A stretch of 38,398 nt of DNA from Octopus bimaculoides (taxonomy: Eukaryota). The first letter of the stretch is position 1. Each line of letters opens with the position of its first letter. The stretch covers positions 173,532,835 through 173,571,232 of the forward strand of contig NC_068982.1 of NCBI RefSeq assembly GCF_001194135.2, written 5' to 3'. The translations under genes and the position numbers were made by a program. The notes below the pieces were generated by a model. It saw only the letters and a program-made list of their open reading frames with translations. It searched no databases and had not been told where the DNA came from. This document shows positions 25,030-36,910 of this stretch, piece by piece.

Positions 25030-25603
25030 CACATGACACCATAACTACTTGTTAGCTAAATCTCATGTAGGTGCCCCAAACAAATCTTGGTTTGCTAAAG
25101 CTACATTAAGCTTTATTAAACATATTGTTGCTTTCAATTAGTTTAATCATTTTAAATTAAATTATAACTTCATTGAAGTTCTAAGGCATTGAAAATATAA
25201 GAAAGTTGCTTTCGGTATGTAAGAATTTTTGTTGCCACTAGCGCAGAAAACGACCTTTTGGCGGGTAGCAACAAGGTAATCATGAATGAATTAAATTTCT
25301 GTTACAATGTACATTGACGTCGCTTTTCAGCTGCATGGCAGGTTTACACGATACATAATTTTGCGAGGTTGTAATATCTCGAAGCTTTAGTGTTGTTTTA
25401 CAAAATACGGGTAGATCTGCAACTCTACTCCGTAACCCATTTGGGATTCGACTCCCTTGTTCCTGAAAATTTCTTGTTAAAAACAAAATCCTCTGGAGAT
25501 ACAGGACACCTTACAAATATGAGTTTCTTTCAGATAAACACTTTACTATATGCTAGTATTAAGATCATGTGATAATATTTGATCCGAATGTGCCTTCAAT
25601 ATG

Positions 25604-25691
25604 TGTGACAAAGTATATTTGTCACAAAAGCCATGTGTAGTTACACAGACCAAAGTATATTTGGTCTGTGTAACCACACATGGCTTTTGTG
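25604..25691. other. Two overlapping inverted repeats with the same apical motif; the larger is a 69-nt hairpin
   Basis: 25623-25654 versus 25660-25691: 32-bp arms with one mismatch and loop GTATA. 25604-25626: TGTGACAAA-GTATA-TTTGTCACA. Confidence 0.9.
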
Positions 25692-26517
25692 TCTACATTT
25701 AGTAGGTGTGACTAAGTTCAGTTTATGCTGTCATATTTGGTTTGTATCTATATTTAGTGACAGAATTTTGTCTTTTTACATACATTTAGTTAGTGTGACT
25801 ATAGCTAATTGTGTTATATTCTTCTTCTCAAATTGTAGGGACTGGGTATAGTTTAGTTTTCAAACATGGTGTTAAAACTTAGAATAGCTTTCAAACACGC
25901 ATCGCAGTAGAAGCCAGATGCACACTTTGTAGAACCTAGCAATACTTCTTATAGAAGTAAGCGGCACATATTGAACATATCAAAAGCAGTTGTTGCAGAA
26001 ATCGACTATGCTTGTTGTATAAGCCAGTGCACATGATATAGAAGCCAGCTGCACTTGTAGAATTCGGTTTGCAAATGTAGAAGCCTATTGCAGAAATCAT
26101 CTGCTCCAAACAATTCTAAAAATATAATCATGGGTGCAAATGTATACTATATATGTACATATATAATTATGGGCGCGCGCGCATACACACACACACACAT
26201 GTATCTGCATAATTATGCATTCCATTTATATATAATGTACTTTGCATTCTGTTTTTGGTATCTCTGAATTAAAATATCCTTCCAGTTCAGTTGAATGATG
26301 GAATTTTCAAAGAGTGTCACAAAATGCCTTACAGCAGTTGTTCTGTCTCTTTTGGTTTAGTAAGTGCTAACTTATTTGGGCCCATGCCTACGACGAAAGG
26401 AGAGAGAGCTTGTTGGAAAGTAAGAGCTGGTCTTAATAAGTATATAAAGCTTCAGCCCTGAATACAGCAATTGCAGATGCAGATACATAGATAACTGCAA
26501 CTGACAGCAGTCTTATA

Positions 26518-26800
26518 CAGGGTGAGTTTAATGTCATTATTTATTTTAATGAAAGTAATGTAATTTTATATGTTTTCTTTTCAGAGCCTCACGATAATTC
26601 CAGAGGAGTGTGAAGTTATTATTTGCAAGTTTCACATTCTTATATAATGAAGATTTCCCTTCAAGGAGTGTAGCATGTGTTGATTTTCATAGAACACATC
26701 TACACCGAAAATTTAACAGACAATATTCTTTTTACTAATGAAGCAACGTTATGTAAGTGTGGAAAAGTAAATCGCTGCTATTCCTGCATTTGGGTAAACA
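26518..26800 (+). mobile_element. Degraded Tc1/mariner-superfamily fragment
   Basis: TA then CAGGGTG terminus at 26518. Translation NILFTNEATLCKCGKVNRCYSCIW resembles the first-catalytic-D block (NILFTDEATF..NGKVNRHN.RIW). Confidence 0.5.
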
Positions 26801-27045
26801 TTGAAAGTAGTTTGTCGAACACTGGGAATGTAAGACTATTGTCTTGAAGAGCATGAGAAGATTTATGATTTATGGATAGTTTTCTGATGTTGAGGCTAAT
26901 GTTGCAATTAACTGCAGATAAATTAACATTGACATATTTCAACACTTGTCATTATGCAACGATTGTACGGCGTTATTTGCACAATTCATTTCTAAAATCG
27001 AGAGTTCTAACGCGAAGATATCTAAATTCTAACCAGCATCTAAAC

Positions 27046-27297
27046 CAGTGATTCTCAACCGGGGTCCATATGACCCTTAGGGATCCATTTAAAAGTTTGA
27101 GGTTAAAAGTTTTGTTTAATAAATTAGTCATGCTTCTACTGTACACAAAATGTTTTAACAACTTTTTTATACAATTCCTAATAATATTTAATTATAAAAC
27201 TTATAATTTTTTAAACATGGAATGATCATGAGTGTTCACCCGAGTAAAACATAAATCAAAAAGGTCCATAGGCAAAACAAATGGCTGAGAACAAGTG
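27046..27297. mobile_element. hAT (Charlie-like) MITE
   Basis: Imperfect TIRs CAGTGATTCTCAACC...GGCTGAGAACAAGTG. 8-bp TSD ATCTAAAC / GTCTAAAC (7 of 8 match). Confidence 0.8.
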
Positions 27298-27560
27298 GTC
27301 TAAACTGTTCAGATTCCTTTGCACGGGACTTTATCAATTTGCGATCCTACCAAAGATTAAGACCCTGGAGAAGTTATACAACAGTATATACAATGTAAAT
27401 AATATAACACGAGACAAGATGGAGTATGTATTTCAAAATGTTATTGAACTATTTGAGCTGTGCAAGGTTACTGATTGTTAGCTTTCATGCTGAACTCTAT
27501 TTTTGAAACATCAAACACTTTTACCAATCCTTCATTCTATAATGAAACTTCACAAAATTA

Positions 27561-29066
27561 CAGTACCACGCAAAAGCTTCGGCCACTTTAAACTATTGTA
27601 AATTTCTACTAATTGCCAACTTATAAGTGGCTGTTTCGCATTGCATTTTTACAGATGAAACATTGGCCCTGTTGGAGTCATTATATTTTGTAGTAGGGAT
27701 TCTGAATGAGAGGGGAAGAAGCGAAACAACAACCACAGAAAGATGTGTATAATGAAAATTTATTACATAATGTCCATTTCAAGAAGTTACTGTATATTGT
27801 TAATATTTCGTGTGACTTCCCTTCGCTTGAATAATTGCTTCAATGCACCTGGGAAGAGATGCGTACAAATCCTCCACCATCTTCACAGGTATAACGTATC
27901 ATTCTCTGTGGCTGAGCTCCCACAACTCTTCAAGATTGCATGGATTCTTCAGACGAACTCTTCTCTTTAGTTCTGCCCATATTTGCTCGATGATATTTAA
28001 GTCAGGGATCTGAGCTGGCCAATCTTTTAATAAGGTAACACCTTCATCAGGCAGACTCTGTTGCGTTACAAACTGAAAAATCTCACCTTCATCCTAGATT
28101 GGTATCAAATTGTCCTTTCAGTAACTGGGTGTATTTGGCACTAAACAAGTTACCGTAATTTTTATCCAGCTTTCTTGAACCATCAATTATATATCCTAAA
28201 AGCATCAGACTCTTGCCTCCAAACTTCACTGTTTTCGTCGTGTAACGTGGGTAGTTTCGCTTTCCTGGAAGCCTTCTGGTAAATTGTCGCTTATTAGAAA
28301 GCGAAACAAGCCACGTTACATGACGAAAACAGTTTGGGGGTAAGGGTCTAATGCGTTGGGGAGACATAAAAAAGTGATGGTTCAAAAGAGTTGGTTAAAA
28401 TTGACAGTAACTTTAATAGCGCCAAATACATCCAGTTGCTGAAGGACAATTTGATACCAGACTACGATGAAGGTGAGATTTTTCAGCATGACGAAGCTCC
28501 ATGTCACAGATCACATGCGACATAACGGATGAAGGTATTACCGTATTGAAAGATTGGCCAGCTCAGAGTCCTGACTTCAATATCATCGAGCAAATGTGGA
28601 CAGAACTAAAGCGAAGAGTTCGTCAGAAGAATCCACACAATCTTGAAGAGATGTAGGAGAATGGTATCTCATACCTGTGAAAATGGTGAAAGATTTGTAC
28701 GCATCTCTTCCCAGGTGCATTGAAGCAATTATTGAAGCTAAGGGAAGCCACACAAAATACTAACAATGTACAGTAACTTCTTGAAATGAACATTATGCAA
28801 TTAATTTTCATTATAGACATTCTTCATCCTGATTGGTTTATGCGAGGTGGTCGAAACCTTTTGTACGGTCATTTTTGGTGGTCCTGTCGCATCTTCTCCT
28901 CTCATTCAGAACCCTACTACAAAATATTATGATTAGGTATGGAAATGACTCCAACAGGGCCAATGTTTCATCTGTAAAAAACGCAATCCGAAACATCCAC
29001 TTATAAGTTGGCAATGAGTAGAATTTACAATAGTTTAAAGTAGCCAAAGACTTTTGCACGGTACTG
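27561..29066. mobile_element. Non-autonomous Tc1 fold-back element made of two inverted transposase 3' halves
   Basis: TA/CAGTACCACGCAAAAG...CTTTTGCACGGTACTG/TA. Right arm (+) encodes FQHDEAPCH...DWPAQSPDFNIIEQMW...SLPRCIEAIIEAKGSHTKY*. Left arm carries the same on the minus strand. ORFs 27743+ and 28623- mirror each other. Confidence 0.92.
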
Positions 29067-29144
29067 TATATAGTCTCATTAAAATAATAGAAAGAACTAA
29101 ATGGACGCCGTATCTATCTCTATAAAACCATAGCCGATATAAAT

Positions 29145-29220
29145 GTTGGTTGGTTGGTTGGCTAGGTAGTTGGCTGGTTGGTTGGTTGGTTGGTTGGTTG
29201 GTTGGTTGGTTGGCTTGTTG
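29145..29220. repeat. (TTGG)n microsatellite
   Basis: Directly visible. Confidence 0.95.
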
Positions 29221-29249
29221 ATTTGTCCGGTCATGTTTTACACTGCATA

Positions 29250-29412
29250 CAGAGAGAGAGGGGGGAAGGAGAGAGAGAAAGAGAGAGAGAGAGCGAGAGC
29301 GAGAGAGAGCGAGAGCGAGAGAGAGAGAGAGCGAGAGCGAGAGAGAGCGAGAGCGAGAGAGAGCGAGAGCGAGAGAGAGCGAGAGCGAGAGAGTGAATGA
29401 ATGAGAGAGAAA
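29250..29412. repeat. (GA)n with periodic GAGC interruptions
   Basis: Directly visible; recurring GAGAGAGCGAGAGC unit. Confidence 0.95.
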
Positions 29413-31565
29413 GTGAGGGAGTGAATGAATGAGAGAGAGAGAAGGGAGGAGAGATCGAGAGAGACATATGGAGAATAAAACAGACGACAGAGGCAGTTAA
29501 CATAAAGGTGCAGGAAGGATGCACATACTAGGCTTAGTGGCATGCAATGAGTAAAAGTACGCTAAACACAGTGAGAGAGGAAGTATCATAGACACAGACG
29601 AAAAACAAAAGAGGTGGAGAGAGTGTAAATGATAGAATATTTATGGGAGGATTTCAAAATACAACAAGGAATAGCATATATATAAGAATCTGCTGGAATT
29701 CAGTATTTCATATATTCAATTCTAGTCTTTTGAAAATTAGTATTCATTTCATCATTTTGAATAAGCAGCAAGAAATTTAATGAAACATATTTTCCATAAT
29801 TACTCATGGTGGAAAAAGCATACTTCTAAACTCATCCATCATATGACGGGAAAGCTTTAGTATATACACACACACGCGCGCGAGCGCGCGCACCGCCCCC
29901 CCCCACACAGATATATATATATATANNNNNNNNNNNNNNNNNNNNNNNNNNNNNNNNNNNNNNNNNNNNNNNNNNNNNNNNNNNNNNNNNNNNNNNNNNN
30001 NNNNNNNNNNNNNNNNNNNNNNNNNNNNNNNNNNNNNNNNNNNNNNNNNNNNNNNNNNNNNNNNNNNNNNNNNNNNNNNNNNNNNNNNNNNNNNNNNNNN
30101 NNNNNNNNNNNNNNNNNNNNNNNNNNNNNNNNNNNNNNNNNNNNNNNNNNNNNNNNNNNNNNNNNNNNNNNNNNNNNNNNNNNNNNNNNNNNNNNNNNNN
30201 NNNNNNNNNNNNNNNNNNNNNNNNNNNNNNNNNNNNNNNNNNNNNNNNNNNNNNNNNNNNNNNNNNNNNNNNNNNNNNNNNNNNNNNNNNNNNNNNNNNN
30301 NNNNNNNNNNNNNNNNNNNNNNNNNNNNNNNNNNNNNNNNNNNNNNNNNNNNNNNNNNNNNNNNNNNNNNNNNNNNNNNNNNNNNNNNNNNNNNNNNNNN
30401 NNNNNNNNNNNNNNNNNNNNNNNNNNNNNNNNNNNNNNNNNNNNNNNNNNNNNNNNNNNNNNNNNNNNNNNNNNNNNNNNNNNNNNNNNNNNNNNNNNNN
30501 NNNNNNNNNNNNNNNNNNNNNNNNNNNNNNNNNNNNNNNNNNNNNNNNNNNNNNNNNNNNNNNNNNNNNNNNNNNNNNNNNNNNNNNNNNNNNNNNNNNN
30601 NNNNNNNNNNNNNNNNNNNNNNNNNNNNNATATATATATATATATATATATATAGATAGATAGATAGATAGTAAGTGTATACATACGTACACAAATTGAT
30701 ATATACATATATATATATACACATGATCACAAATATTTTATATTCTTCAATGTGTGTGTGTGTGTGCGTGTATGTTCGTTTCATAAATAAATGCATGTGC
30801 AATTACTCATAGATACCTTCATAGACTCAGACATACATACCTTATTATGCATACATACAAACATGTATATACATGTATGCCTACATACATGTGTACGCAC
30901 ATGCATACCTGGGTCCATGCAATACACTTATATATACGCATAGCAAAATATACACAGGTATTTTACACACGAGCTTTGTGCTATTTCATCAATAAAAACA
31001 ATCAAAGCAAACGGGAGCACATACATATCCAGAGGTAAAAAAAAAAAAACAACAACAACAACAAGAACAAAACAAAATAACAATACCAACAACAAAGAAA
31101 AAAACAGCCCCCGTACACTCACACTAAATAAATAAAAAATAACAGAAGAATGCAATTGAACAGAACATACAGAAAGAATTAAAGGAGAAGAGAGACTACA
31201 GTTTTAATGAAAGTGGTTTCAAGTTGATCGGTAAACACGAAAAACCAGTTTTAATTGTTCATTATCTCCATTTTATCCACTTCTTACTTCGTGTTGTAGA
31301 AGGAAACAAGCTTCATTCCACAAACATTCAACGTAATTTGGCTTTCAACTTTTCTTTATTCTCTTTTTTTTTTTTTACTTACTATGGCGTCATATTTGTT
31401 CTGTGTTGTTTCTTTCCTTCTGCTCATATTACGATTACGATTCGTTATTTTCTTATTCTGAATATGCATGTATGTATGTATGTATGTAAGCCTCGAGCCC
31501 AGAGAAATATGTATGTATGTATATATTCATGCATACAGGAATTCATATATGTGTGTACATATGTG

Positions 31566-31613
<48 letters not shown>

Positions 31614-32360
31614 TGTGTGTGCGTGCGTCTATTTGTGTGCATCAACTTCTTCAAATCCAACATCCTGTGCTATTTATGCAATAATAGTATTGGTGACTGG
31701 ATTTGTCTCATCCTTTATTGTATAGTTCCTTAACTAAATTTGGGCATAAGTTTGTCCAAACACCAACGAAGCATATGTTTAACTTCTTCCCGGGCATCAG
31801 GTAACATTACTATCTATTTATTGCTTGCATAATGACGGAACTTTTCTTGAATTCCTGAATAAATTACTGTTTATCATCAGTCGCTATAACCAATGACTAA
31901 GTTTTTCTAAGCTATTATCTCAAAGACAAAGATGAAAATCTGACCCATGGCTTTTATTAGCGAAGTTCTGTTTTGTGGAATGAAGAGGACATCAAGAGAT
32001 ATAGTTTGGATTGAATCAAAATTTAAAAGGTCTGAAGCGTTGTTCAAAAACAGAAGCATCCCGGGTTCGAAATTATGTTACTCACAGCAACGGTCGAGTT
32101 GAAATGTTCCATGATCCTTTAAGGTAAGATCAAAAAAGAGAAATACTCCATTCCGTGAGAGATAAATATATAACGCACAAGCTATTAAAGAATGACATCA
32201 AGCTAAACTCATTTCCATATAACAGGTAGAGTAAATTTGGAGACACTTATTGGAATATCAGAAAACTGGGTATGTAATGGTTCCTGTTGTATTCGCCCCT
32301 AACAAGAATATGAGACGAACTTCTTCTTTATAGCATAGTACCTGTTTGCTCCTTTGGTAT

Positions 32361-32765
32361 ATCCACTCATCCATTTCCTCCGAATACTGATCCTGAGAGG
32401 GTCGTGGGAGTAGAGTCCTCAGGTACATCTTCTATAGGGTCTTCCTAAAAGAAGCAACCGTCATTAGGCTTTCCGATTGGGTTCCCAAGTGTGATTAACT
32501 GAGGCTCTAGGTGTTACCCAACCATCTTTCTCCTGGTCTACCCCTAGATCTGCGGATTAGCTTGGTTAGAAGAATCCGTCATGCGATTCATTCCTGTGAC
32601 ATTTGTTCATAACACCTGAGCTGTGATCTCTCAATGCAGAGAAGCAGAGACTCTTCGGAAAAAAAACCCCATCTCGGCCGCTTGTGTTCGCAATCGTACT
32701 CTTTCGGTCATTGCCCAACATTCATGGCCATAGATGCAGATAGGCATAAAAACCAAACCGAAGGT
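32361..32765 (-). mobile_element. Degraded RTE-like LINE 3' end
   Basis: Minus translation includes RRSRGRPGERWLGN (RT C-terminal GRP..RW motif). Terminal CTACTCCCACGACCCTCTCAGG...GGAAATGGATGAGTGGAT resembles Expander/Rex3-type tails. Confidence 0.6.
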
Positions 32766-33950
32766 AGCATTTTTTTTTTTTTTTTTTTTTTTAGCAGTTT
32801 CATCTCAACTGAGGATCGAATGCTAGAGCTGGTGCATTACTGCCGTACCAAAAGTATTAAAATTATAGAGAGTATATATTTTAAAGTGTGTATTTACCTT
32901 TTTATGTATCTTTCAATGGTGCTAGAAATTCCGATGTCGCCCATATATCAGCACTTACTGATTTATCTGTTATACGGATGTTGTTTCTTGAATGTTTCAA
33001 ACCATTCACGAGAAGTAGCAAACGTTTGAGTGGCTTCCTCGGTTTCTCATTTCAACTACTTACAAAAAATTTAAACCTTTTTTGCTAGACAATAGCCTGG
33101 AAGAGCAAAGTAGCATATTATCTGCTCAAACGCTTAACATTTTCCCACTTATTTTCCATGGTTTTACTTTATCTGTTTGTTTGTTTACAAGCGTTTTGCA
33201 CACTTAAATTTCGATTCCTCACAATCTTCTTTTCTTCTCCAGTCTTTACATTTTCTATAACCTTTAGCTCGAAATCTTGTAACAATGCTCTACGCGCACA
33301 TAACATGACGATGAAACAAGAAGATTGAATTAATTAGAAAAAAAAAAAACGCTATATATTAAGAAAATTTTGAAGTTGCTACACAAGTGATATAATGTAA
33401 CACGAGCGTAAACACTCGACAACGCAAAAGCAAACCAAGAATGTTCTACTGGCTAGTTTCTTTTATGGGCGATAATAAAAAAAAAAAAGGAATGCATCCT
33501 TATAAAGAAGCAGTAAATTCGAAGGATGACCAGCATCGAGAATGCTGCTTTTTGCTTTTTTTTAGCTCGTAATCTTGACTGTTAGATAGTTTCATTACAA
33601 TGAGGTTTTGTTTACAAAACAATAAAACACTTCGATGTACATATATATTAAATTAATTAAATACATACATACATACATACATGCATATATATATGTATGT
33701 GTGTATATGTGTGCGCATGTTCCTTAATGGAAATATAATATGGAAATATATGCTTATATATGTATGAATGTATTTATGTGTGTATGTAGGTATTTATGCA
33801 TGTATGTATTATGTATGTGTGTATGTATTTTTGTATATATATATGTATGTCTCTTCTATTTTATAATAATTAAAAAATAGAAGCAACATACATACGTACG
33901 TACATACATACGTACGTACATACAACATAAATACATTCATGCATATAAAA

Positions 33951-33988
<38 letters not shown>

Positions 33989-33990
<2 letters not shown>

Positions 33991-34180
33991 GAGAATATAC
34001 AAAAAATAACAACAGACGAGGACAGGTGGTGTAAATAACAAAAGTATATATTAGTATGACGCTCGGGAATACGGAAAGTCTTTGACGTTTCGAGCTACGC
34101 TCTTCAACAGAAAGAATACGGAGACAAGGAGAAAAAACACGGAGAAAAAAAATTGAATAGTGTTCAGTCAACGGTCAATC

Positions 34181-34183
<3 letters not shown>
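33989..34183 (-). mobile_element. Short (TA)n-flanked repeat carrying a minimal hammerhead fold
   Basis: Homologous to 9221-9393; (TA)n on both sides. Confidence 0.75.
34079..34115 (-). ncRNA. Minimal type I hammerhead ribozyme fold (core A6>U)
   Basis: TCTTT-CTGTTGA-A-GAGC GTA GCTC-GAA-AC GT-C-AAAGA: 5-bp stem I, 4-bp stem II, palindromic ACGT stem III, GUC triplet. Confidence 0.7.
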
Positions 34184-34222
<39 letters not shown>

Positions 34223-34560
34223 CCGTTAAGGTAGGATAAAAAATATTCCATCCTGTAAGAGATAAATGTTATATAATGTACACAGTATAAAGATACGAGC
34301 TATTAATAGTTTTTGCACTGAGAGGCGGGTCTAGGCAGGATTTTATAACACGCTTTCTGAATATATGCATTTATAAATATATAAATGAAGTCAAGCCATG
34401 TATCGATATTTAGAATGCAGTTAACACGCACGTTTCAGATAATTGCGTAATATAATGACGATAGAAATTCATGCCTTACACAAAATCTTCATCGTTAACA
34501 CAAATCAATATATGTGTATGTGTACACACACGCACACACACACACACACACACACATATT

Positions 34561-34595
<35 letters not shown>

Positions 34596-34624
34596 NNNNN
34601 NNNNNACGCACACACACACACACA

Positions 34625-34708
<84 letters not shown>

Positions 34709-34959
34709 GAAGCAAATATATGCAAATGAAAAATAAGAAAATGGAGATATTGAAGTTAATAAGAAATCGTTAATTTATCTCTTACAGCTGTTTCAATTAT
34801 GCTCATGTAGTTAAATAAATATTAAAATCATATTTCTGAGCATAAGCTCTTCAGAGGTAGAAAAAATATAACCCTTAGATATTTTGTGTTAGTTTTTAGA
34901 ATCATCACGGCAGACTGATGGGGAATGACAAACATTTAGACGCATATATAGACACAATT

Positions 34960-36767
34960 TCGAAATTTCCCCTAAGTACCCATAAATGTAAACAAAACCT
35001 TCGTGAAGAGGGAGAGGAAACCTTACTGGCACTAAGGAATGACAATTCAATCATCCTAAAAGAAGTCGATAAGGGAGGTGCGATAGTAAAGATAAGGTAT
35101 TGGAAATTCTAACAGAGCAAACCTACTACCAGGAAGAACCAAGACGCCCGGAAAAAGCAATAGTGAATAAAATCAAAGTACTAATTAATGAATACCAAGA
35201 TTCCTTTACAGACAAAGAGAAAGATTATTTATGTAACTCTGCAATCAAAGAGAGACATTTCTACGGGTTATCCAAAAACCACAAAGACCCGAAATACAGA
35301 GAGCCATAAATGAGCAGAGGAACCAATACACAAAAATACTAAGACTTACTGATCTCAAATTGAAACCAATAGTTCCTGGACCTCAAGCGCCAACACAACA
35401 ACTGAGACATTTTTTGGACATACTCCTAAAACCTTTATGCCCATTAATACCCAGCTGTATACAGGACGGCATAGATTTCTTCCAGCACATTCCATCCATT
35501 GTCCCAGAAGGTACTATACTTACAATCTTTGATGTCACCGACCTTTATACCGATATACCTCACACTTTGGGCCTGGAAGTAGTCAAACACTGAGTAGAGA
35601 AACATAGGGGACGGATAAATGAACGCTTCAAAACTGACTTCATCACCAAGGCCACACGCCTAGTACTAGAATAAAACGCCTTTAGATTCGATAATAAAAC
35701 ATATCGATAGTTAAAAGGCACGGCTATGGGGACGCAGTTTGCACCCTTATATGCTAACATAGTCATGGGATACTTGGAAGAAAAGCTTTATGAGGAAGTG
35801 GAGAGAGCTTTTAAGCAGGATTACAAAAATACATCATTAAAAAGTGGAAACGCTTCCTAGATGACTGCTTCATCTTTTGGGACAAATAAACATATTTTAC
35901 GCACTAATATTTGAATCTCTGGTCTTGCCATCCCTCACACATCAAAAAGAACAGAACATCCCATATAGCAAGGCAAGACGTATCAGCACTATAGTGACTG
36001 ACCCCAAACTACATCAAATCCGACTCAACGAGCTCAAAGACGTCCTAACAAAACAAAAATACCCCTAAGGATTAATAAATGAGGGAATTTAAAAAGCAAT
36101 GAAGCTGAGTATCACGTAACAAAGGACATCATAGGAAATAATTAATGAACACACGATTCCATTTATTAAAACGCACAATTCTGGGGTAGCCAAGATCTTT
36201 CAAACCATAAATCAAACTTACCAATACTTCTACAAAACCCCCAAATGAAAAATCTCATTGATAAAGACCCCTTACGAAACAGTAGGCGCCAACTAAAAAA
36301 ATCTCAAAAGGCACCTCACAAGAGCAAGATTCACATCAGAGAATAAATCAGAATTCTCCATAAAAGAATGCGGAGATAGCAGATGTGGAACATGCAACAA
36401 CAATAACAACAACTTTAAATATTTAGAAAGTGGTTCTCATATAAAATTCAGGAGCAGATTCTCGTTCAAAGTAAATGCAAACATGAACTGCAAGATGCAT
36501 AATCTCATATATTATATTACCTGTCCCAACTGCAATGAAAATTACACTGGCGAAACAAACAATTCCTTTAGCCAACTTGCAAGAATCCACAGACAGCACA
36601 TCCGACAAAAGGAATTACGCAAGATTCTACTGAGAAAGCATCTAGAAATATGCGGTGAAGGAAAGTTCAAAATCTTTCCCATTTACAAATGTTCAAGTTA
36701 TAACCCAAAATTCCGAAAAGCAATGGAGATACACTTCAAAAAATTCTCTCCAACATTAGATGTTTGA
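34960..36767 (+). mobile_element. Penelope-like retroelement pseudo-ORF (RT plus Cys linker plus GIY-YIG), Neptune-like
   Basis: LRNDNSIILKEVDKGGAIV; FDVTDLYTDIPH; KGTAMGTQFAPLYANIVMGYLEE; WKRFLDDCFIF; NIPYSKARRI; KECGDSRCGTC; HNLIYYITCPNCNENYTGET. Multiple stops and frameshifts, and an apparent deletion after ~35890. Confidence 0.93.
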
Positions 36768-36787
36768 AAGAAAAGCAGAAGAACTAC

Positions 36788-36827
36788 ATTATTATTATCA
36801 TTATTATTATCATCATCATCATCATCA

Positions 36828-36886
<59 letters not shown>

Positions 36887-36910
36887 GTTGTTGTTGTTGT
36901 TGTTGTTGTT
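36788..36910. repeat. (ATT)n-(CAT)n-(ATT)n-(GTT)n compound trinucleotide repeat
   Basis: Directly visible, running into the N gap 36911-37227. Confidence 0.97.

Noticed and set aside
29870-29905. (CG)n/(CA)n potential Z-DNA tract (also ~17200, ~26172, ~37885)
   Set aside because: Short by-products of CA/TG microsatellite turnover, with no independent support for function.
32000-32123. Plus-strand exon ending at AG/gtaaga
   Set aside because: The donor is good, but the acceptor is ambiguous and there is no link to other exons; it sits next to LINE debris.
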